Shown here piece after piece: positions 58,624 through 64,000 of a stretch of 64,000 nt of DNA (position 1 is its first letter; each line of letters opens with the position of its first letter). A model generated the notes under the pieces. The model was not told the origin of the DNA. It ran no database searches and saw only the letters and a program-made list of their open reading frames with translations. The stretch is taken from positions 405,898-469,897 of the forward strand of contig CAZCYZ010000001.1 in the NCBI GenBank assembly GCA_964503465.1, in the 5' to 3' direction. Both the position numbers and the translations under genes were made by a program. Source of the stretch: an uncultured Gammaproteobacteria bacterium (GTDB lineage: Bacteria; Patescibacteriota; Microgenomatia; UBA12405).

Positions 58624-59238
58624 CTAGTTAAATTGTCTAATCACCGCCACCACCCGACCTTTGATTTCCACATTCTTAACATATATCGGCGCCATTTTTG
58701 AATTTGCCGGCTGTAACCTTATTTTGCCATCCTCACGATAAAACCTTTTTAGGGTGGTAAAACCATTCTGCAACACCGCCACCACAATATCACCATTATT
58801 GGCTTCACCTTGCTGCTTAACCACCAAATAGTCTCCACTCAAAATCCCATCATCAACCATTGAGTCCCCCTTGGCCTGAAGTACATAGGACTTATCACCA
58901 GCTTTTACTAGGTTGGAGTTAACCATCAGAGTCGCATTTGGGTCGGTATATGGCTCAATCGGCTCACCACAGGCGATAAAACCCATGATCGGTAACTCCA
59001 AACCCATCTCCTTCGATACATTGTCACCAAGTAACTCAATCCCTCGTACCGCCCCACGATAACGCCGAATATACCCCTTTTTTTCTAATACTGCCAAATG
59101 TTCATGTACCGTTGCTAGTGAGGAAAGTTTCAAATATGTCGCAATTTCAGTTAACGTCGGAGCATAACCATACTTACTAATACAAGCACCAATATAATCA
59201 AGAATTTGTTTTTGCCGACGATAAAGAACTGATGTCAT
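58624..59238 (-). CDS. lexA: SOS repressor LexA
   Basis: RQKQIL..I...GYAPT..EI, TVHEHL..LE.KG; cleavage region IACGEP; GDSM (catalytic Ser), TLKR (catalytic Lys). Confidence 0.93.
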   Translation of the reverse strand: MTSVLYRRQKQILDYIGACISKYGYAPTLTEIATYLKLSSLATVHEHLAVLEKKGYIRRYRGAVRGIELLGDNVSKEMGLELPIMGFIACGEPIEPYTDPNATLMVNSNLVKAGDKSYVLQAKGDSMVDDGILSGDYLVVKQQGEANNGDIVVAVLQNGFTTLKRFYREDGKIRLQPANSKMAPIYVKNVEIKGRVVAVIRQFN

Positions 59239-59309
59239 CTCCCCTAAGAATATACACGAATAATACCCGAAATCAACTAGCAAAATCCTGGGTTACAATA
59301 AATATACCG

Positions 59310-61049
59310 ATGATCATTTTCGCCATCATTATTATGCTACTACTAAACCCAGTATCGACTCAGGCTAATAGTGGCGACTTTAGTCTCCGCCAAGATATCA
59401 ATTATTATTTCGACAATAATGGCCATGCCTCCGTCCAACATCATTACCAGATCATCAATAACTTTTCTCAAATTTACCCCCAGGAATACACTCTCGAATT
59501 CCCTGGTACTGACATTGACAATATCAGCGCCCACGACAACGTCGGTAATATTCTCACCAAAGTGCAAAAACAATCCGACCATTTAGACATCTTACTCAGA
59601 TTTAATCGCCCTCAAATTGGTAAAAATCAAGCCACCATCTTTACCCTTTCTTATCGCCAATTGAACCTAGCCAAACCCAAAGGCACCACTCGAGAAATTG
59701 AACTACCGCAGTTTACATATCCCAACGACAACGACGTCATAAACCTTTACCTCGATATACCTTCAAATTACGGTGAACTCTCATTTTCCTCGGTCGGCCA
59801 ACCCCAAGTTAGTCCCACCGGGACTCGCCTTCAACTTACTCTTACTAATTCCCAAATTAAAAATCACAAAATCCTTTTAATCTTTGGTAATTACCAACTT
59901 TTTGACTTTGACCTATCCTATCTTCTCAAAAATCCCAACCAACAACCAATCACCACTGAAATCAGTTTGCCACCCGACACTTCTGGCCAACAAATACTTT
60001 TTCGTTCTATCACTCCACTACCCCAAAACGTTCGCTCTGACCCAGACGGCAACTGGCTGGCCTCCTACCAGCTTAATCCAAATCAACAATTAGAAATAGA
60101 GGTTCTTGGTCAAGCTAAGATTTTTCCCCCCAAATTTACCCCGATATCTATCGACCAATCTATCTATCTTCAGGAACAAAGATTCTGGCCTGTCAACTCC
60201 CCAAGTATCAAAAACATCGCCCTGTCACTCACCACTCCAAAAGATATCTACAACTTTGTCACCAACAAATTAACCTACAATTACAACCTCATTACTCAAG
60301 CTAAACGAAGAGGAGCCATTTCCGCTCTCGAATCACCCGATAATTCTCTTTGTACCGAATTTACCGATTTGTTTGTTACTCTCGCTCGCGCCAAAAATAT
60401 TCCGGCTAGAGAAATTGAAGGTTATGCTGTCACCAACAATCCAAAAATTAAACCTATCAATACCAACACCGACATTCTTCACGCTTGGCCTCAATACTAT
60501 CATTCCCAAAAACAAACCTGGATCGATGTTGATCCAACCTGGGGAAAAACCACCCACGGTATTGACTATTTTAACGAGCTTGATCTTAATCATTTTACTT
60601 TCACTATCCACGGCCTTAATAGCCAACTTCCCCCACCACCAAACAAGTCAGTCCTGGTTACCTACGCTACAGACAACCTGCCACCCACCGACTTCCCTCC
60701 GGAAATCAGATTTGACCAAAATAGAATCCTTCAAAATCCTACTATCGTCATCAGGAATCTCAACAATCACTCACTAACCAATCTTACTGTCGATCTTTCC
60801 GCAGCATCATTTTCGGCTAAAATTGACCATCTTCCACCGTTTGGCCACCAAATCATCAAACTCCCCAAAATATTTTGGTCTCAAATCTTAAATTTTGAAG
60901 TTCACGCTGACGAATCCCCCTCAAAACAAATACGAATTACCAACAATTTCCACTACCTTCATCTTTGTCTCCTAATTGCCACCCTGATCACTTTCCTCTC
61001 CATAGGCGGTATAATACTGACTATTGGCAGGACACACAAATCAACATGA
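59310..61049 (+). CDS. Secreted/membrane-anchored transglutaminase-like protein
   Basis: Signal peptide; CTEF.DLF..LARA..IPAR, HAW, W..VDPTW catalytic triad; C-terminal TM. Confidence 0.8.
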   Translation: MIIFAIIIMLLLNPVSTQANSGDFSLRQDINYYFDNNGHASVQHHYQIINNFSQIYPQEYTLEFPGTDIDNISAHDNVGNILTKVQKQSDHLDILLRFNRPQIGKNQATIFTLSYRQLNLAKPKGTTREIELPQFTYPNDNDVINLYLDIPSNYGELSFSSVGQPQVSPTGTRLQLTLTNSQIKNHKILLIFGNYQLFDFDLSYLLKNPNQQPITTEISLPPDTSGQQILFRSITPLPQNVRSDPDGNWLASYQLNPNQQLEIEVLGQAKIFPPKFTPISIDQSIYLQEQRFWPVNSPSIKNIALSLTTPKDIYNFVTNKLTYNYNLITQAKRRGAISALESPDNSLCTEFTDLFVTLARAKNIPAREIEGYAVTNNPKIKPINTNTDILHAWPQYYHSQKQTWIDVDPTWGKTTHGIDYFNELDLNHFTFTIHGLNSQLPPPPNKSVLVTYATDNLPPTDFPPEIRFDQNRILQNPTIVIRNLNNHSLTNLTVDLSAASFSAKIDHLPPFGHQIIKLPKIFWSQILNFEVHADESPSKQIRITNNFHYLHLCLLIATLITFLSIGGIILTIGRTHKST

Positions 61050-61462
61050 AAAAAATACTCCGCTTCACCCTACTGTTTGTTTTTGTCCTCATTAGCACCA
61101 ATCAATTGTTGGGCAATCTCATCTTCCATCAGCCCCCAACAACTATTATCAAAGTCGCCTTCATTGTTGCTATTTTCGAAATAGTCCTCAAGCCGATCAT
61201 CAAAATACTTCTTCTTCCAATTAACCTACTCACTCTTGGACTATTTCGCATTGTTATCAATACTCTCGGCCTCTTTCTGGCAACTTTTCTTCTTGCTGAT
61301 TTCGAAGTTGGCAACATTAATTCTCCCGCACAAAATTTTTGGGGGGTATCGATTCCACCGATTCACCTCACAGGATTTATTGCTTACCTGGCAACCTCTG
61401 TTACCATTAGTCTGACTTTTAATTTGTTTCGCTTAATTCTTACTAAATCAATTAAAAAATGA
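61046..61462 (+). CDS. YvlD/'phage holin family' 4-TM membrane protein
   Basis: KPIIKILLLPINLLTLGLF..VIN. Confidence 0.75.
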   Translation: MKKILRFTLLFVFVLISTNQLLGNLIFHQPPTTIIKVAFIVAIFEIVLKPIIKILLLPINLLTLGLFRIVINTLGLFLATFLLADFEVGNINSPAQNFWGVSIPPIHLTGFIAYLATSVTISLTFNLFRLILTKSIKK

Positions 61463-61674
61463 TCAAAAACATTATTTTCTCAGTCCACATTTTCCTTTCT
61501 GTTGTTCTGACTCTTCTTATTTTTCTTCAGACGAGTTCCGATAGCGAATCGCGTAACAATATCCTCTCCTCCACCAGTTTTGAAAAAAGAGGCTGGGAAA
61601 AGACTATGTTTTATTTGACCATCTTTATTCTCCTGGTTTTTCTTCTCTCGTCAGTTATCCAGACATTTATTTAA
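61459..61674 (+). CDS. secG: Preprotein translocase subunit SecG
   Basis: Two TMs, LIFLQ, KRGWEK.MF..T. Confidence 0.8.
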   Translation: MIKNIIFSVHIFLSVVLTLLIFLQTSSDSESRNNILSSTSFEKRGWEKTMFYLTIFILLVFLLSSVIQTFI

Positions 61675-61682
61675 CCCTCTCT

Positions 61683-63014
61683 TTGATCACTAAAATCCAT
61701 TTCAAGCTCGAGATTCTGTTTTTTTATTTCAAAAAAAATATCCCCTACATCCTTGTTGGTTTGGCCATTGGTTCGGCTATCTATGCCACTAGAAAACAAA
61801 TTCTTAACCTTTACCACACACTTCATGTCCCTGTTAAAATCATTGGTCTCGATGGTCTCTACACCAAAAACAACCTCCCCGAAGAAGTAACAAATTCCAT
61901 CAGTTATGGCTTAACCATCAATTCCGAAAACGATAAACCAATCTTATCACCACTCGTCATTTCTTATGATTCTCAAAACAACAATCTCGAATATCTCTTT
62001 AATCTACAACCCAATCTTTACTGGCATTCAGGAAAAAAATTTACTTCCCGTGACATCAATTATCAATTTAATGGCGTCAAATTAGAACCAATTTCTGACA
62101 ATCTCATTAAAATATCGCTTGATAAACCATTCTCCCCCATACTTTCACTCCTAAGTCAGCCACTTTTTTCGAACGGTCTTGACGGCCTTGGACCATATCA
62201 GGTCGGCAACATTAAAACTAAAGAAGGCTACATCAGATCCATAGAACTAAAACCTAAGCTATCAGGTCAAGGCAAGCTAATTTATCGATTTTATCCCAAT
62301 GAAATTGATCTCATTCGTGCCTTTCAATTGGGTGAGGTAGATGAAATCCGTACTACCCAACTACCTTCCGAACTAACCGATTCCCACGACGTTACCATTA
62401 CTCCCAATGTCCCCACCAACCAACGATATTTGGCTGTCTTTTTTAATACCGACAATCTCAAGGAAAAACAACTTCGACAAAGTTTAGCCTATGCCACACC
62501 AAAAACCCGCGATAAAAATGAACGCTGTCTTGGTCCCATTTCTGCCAATTCCTGGGCCTACAATTCAAGCATCAAAGAATATAATTTCAATCCCACTCGA
62601 GCCAAAGAATTATTTCAAAAAAACCCCATCGACAAAATCCGATTAACCATCCTTGATCGTCGGCTTCTTCCCCAAGCCGAAATCATCAAAGACTCCTGGC
62701 AAAAAATCCTTAAAATTAACTGCGAAATTGTCATCGAAAATCAATTAAATCACCAAGAATTCGAGGCTATTTTAGCCTATGGTGGTATTCCCCACGATCC
62801 AGACCAATACTATTTTTGGCATTCTACTCAAACCGAAAGCAACATTACCAAACTCAACAACTCTCGAATCGATAAGCTCCTCGAAGAGGGACGTCAGATT
62901 ACTGATCCTATCGAACGCAAGAAAATTTATCAAGATTTCCAAAAATATCTCCTTGAAGAAATGCCAGCAGTTTTCTTAAACTATCCTACCACTTATACGA
63001 CCACCAGAACATAA
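61683..63014 (+). CDS. ABC transporter substrate-binding protein, family 5
   Basis: GLT, WH.G..FT..DI.Y, G.GPY, LRQSL.YA, DPDQY.FWHS, IDKLLEEGR...R..IY. Confidence 0.8.
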   Translation: MITKIHFKLEILFFYFKKNIPYILVGLAIGSAIYATRKQILNLYHTLHVPVKIIGLDGLYTKNNLPEEVTNSISYGLTINSENDKPILSPLVISYDSQNNNLEYLFNLQPNLYWHSGKKFTSRDINYQFNGVKLEPISDNLIKISLDKPFSPILSLLSQPLFSNGLDGLGPYQVGNIKTKEGYIRSIELKPKLSGQGKLIYRFYPNEIDLIRAFQLGEVDEIRTTQLPSELTDSHDVTITPNVPTNQRYLAVFFNTDNLKEKQLRQSLAYATPKTRDKNERCLGPISANSWAYNSSIKEYNFNPTRAKELFQKNPIDKIRLTILDRRLLPQAEIIKDSWQKILKINCEIVIENQLNHQEFEAILAYGGIPHDPDQYYFWHSTQTESNITKLNNSRIDKLLEEGRQITDPIERKKIYQDFQKYLLEEMPAVFLNYPTTYTTTRT

Positions 63015-63018
63015 ATCT

Positions 63019-63234
63019 ATGACCCCACCCAAACCCGACTACATCGGTATTGCCATCTTAACAACTCTTTTTCTTCTTCTCACTTACGCTAGTTATTTAT
63101 CCTACAAAAGTATCGACTGGACCATCCTCAAACGTCTTGAGACCACCAAACTAGTTCTTCCCACTCCAATACCGGCCACCCCTTCCACCCCTTCCGCCGC
63201 CACCGCTTCCCCCTCCGCCAAACCAAACCTTTAG
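63019..63234 (+). CDS. Small membrane protein with Pro/Thr/Ser-rich tail
   Basis: One TM, then PTPIPATPSTPSAATASPSAKP. Confidence 0.55.
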   Translation: MTPPKPDYIGIAILTTLFLLLTYASYLSYKSIDWTILKRLETTKLVLPTPIPATPSTPSAATASPSAKPNL

Positions 63235-63237
63235 TGT

Positions 63238-63693
63238 CTACAATTCCTTTCCAAACATTGACTTGATGTCGCCAGACAAATCATCCAATTCAGTTTTATA
63301 TTCCGTAAACCCCTCTTTTGTCGCAAAATCGTACATTCCTGGAAATTGCTTCTTATAGGTGTTAAGTGACAAACTCTTAAAACCGTTCTTGATCGCAAAT
63401 GCTACAATTTCTTTGTACATCTTTCGCCAAATTCCCTTCTTCCGAAATTCTTCCAAAACACCTACATTCCATATGTGCAAGTCACTTTCCTTCCGATAGC
63501 AAATAGCAAAACCCACAATCCTCTTTTTAATCTTTGCCGATATCAACAAACCATTATTGACTCTTTCTATCCACTTCGACTTCAGGTGGTACCTTTCCTT
63601 CTCCTCTCTACTCGGCCTAAAAACTTTTTCTGCCACATCAAGAACTTCATCTAATTCTTCTATCCTATTTAGACTTAACACAACATCATTCAT
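63238..63693 (-). CDS. GNAT-family acetyltransferase
   Basis: IVGFA, HIWNVGV.EEFRKKGI (motif A); probable start MNDVV at 63693. Confidence 0.8.
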   Translation of the reverse strand: MNDVVLSLNRIEELDEVLDVAEKVFRPSREEKERYHLKSKWIERVNNGLLISAKIKKRIVGFAICYRKESDLHIWNVGVLEEFRKKGIWRKMYKEIVAFAIKNGFKSLSLNTYKKQFPGMYDFATKEGFTEYKTELDDLSGDIKSMFGKEL

Positions 63694-63997
63694 AAAAATG
63701 TTTCCCTTGCTGCTCCGCATGGACTAAACCACAATGAATCCGTCGGTTGACGGACTGTCCCACCATCTTCTTGACATAGTATCGACCCTTGCTAGTTTTT
63801 AACTCTCTTTCTCTTTTTACGGCGGCGTACTTATCACCAAACTCTTCTTTGTATACTAACTCAAAAGGTTTATTCAAGCCCGTAAATCTCCCACCACGTC
63901 CAGAGTTGTGCTCCTTAATTCTCCTACCAAAATCACCAGTATATCCGGTATAAAACTTACCATTTAACAAGCTTCTCAAAACATAAACGCACCACAT
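63686..63997 (-). CDS. Small GIY-YIG endonuclease
   Basis: VYVLRS...KFYTGYT.D..RR..EHN.G...FT...PFELVY.E...A..RERELKT.KGR. Confidence 0.9.
   Translation of the reverse strand: MWCVYVLRSLLNGKFYTGYTGDFGRRIKEHNSGRGGRFTGLNKPFELVYKEEFGDKYAAVKRERELKTSKGRYYVKKMVGQSVNRRIHCGLVHAEQQGKHFYE
63710..63765 (-). pseudogene. Pseudo-tRNA 3' fragment (tRNA-Gln-like) with the anticodon arm replaced by a hairpin
   Basis: Minus strand reads TGGTG GGAC A G [TCCGTC AACC GACGGA] T TCAT TGTGG TTTAGT CCATG CGGAGCA G, i.e. D-arm 3' half, hairpin, variable loop, T-arm and acceptor strand. Confidence 0.6.
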
Positions 63998-64000
63998 CGG

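Noticed and set aside
61046-61462. 'Phage holin' as evidence of a prophage
   Set aside because: It is a YvlD-like housekeeping membrane protein next to secG, with no phage genes nearby.
63700-63730. Resemblance of minus-strand TAGTCCATGCGGAGCAGCAAGG to SRP RNA helix 8
   Set aside because: It lacks the GNRA tetraloop and the long flanking helix, and is better explained as the T-arm and acceptor strand of a pseudo-tRNA.
1-64000. CRISPR array, rRNA, IS transposase or alternative genetic code
   Set aside because: No spaced repeats, rRNA or transposase motifs were seen. TGA terminates many conserved genes at the expected positions, so code 25 is not indicated.

Overview
Chromosomal window from a small-genome Patescibacteria/CPR bacterium. 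A Microgenomates-type lineage is inferred from gene content and protein style; TGA is used as stop. In order it contains: a surface-glycan cluster (O-antigen ligase-like, GT-C, GT4/GT2, manC, priming transferase, DUF4012); recO-glyQS; a rearranged division/cell-wall (dcw) cluster; ileS, rodA, rplU-rpmA, parB and lepB; a second GT cluster; six tRNAs; and housekeeping genes (ndk, polX, lemA, htpX, dnaE, rplS, lgt, ung, ppsA, rsmI, lexA, secG). Three things stand out. (1) The dcw cluster has no murC/murD/murF/ddl/murB. It instead carries an Mpl-like ligase, an ATE/Bpt-like aminoacyl-tRNA transferase, an NlpC/P60 peptidase, a PLP fold-II enzyme, an ATP-grasp ligase, and a 54-aa LysW-like carrier protein ending in EEK that the ORF track missed. 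This is a candidate non-canonical, carrier-protein-dependent peptidoglycan stem-peptide pathway. (2) Two small GIY-YIG nuclease genes are each followed by a pseudo-tRNA 3' copy whose anticodon arm is replaced by a GC-rich hairpin, a candidate tRNA-anchored mobile element. (3) A leader peptide with three Ile codons and a terminator lie upstream of a GVHH-type ileS. Also noted: a NUDT16-like Nudix hydrolase, C55 in three tRNAs, and widespread leaderless gene architecture. All family calls are from motif recognition by eye; no searches were run.
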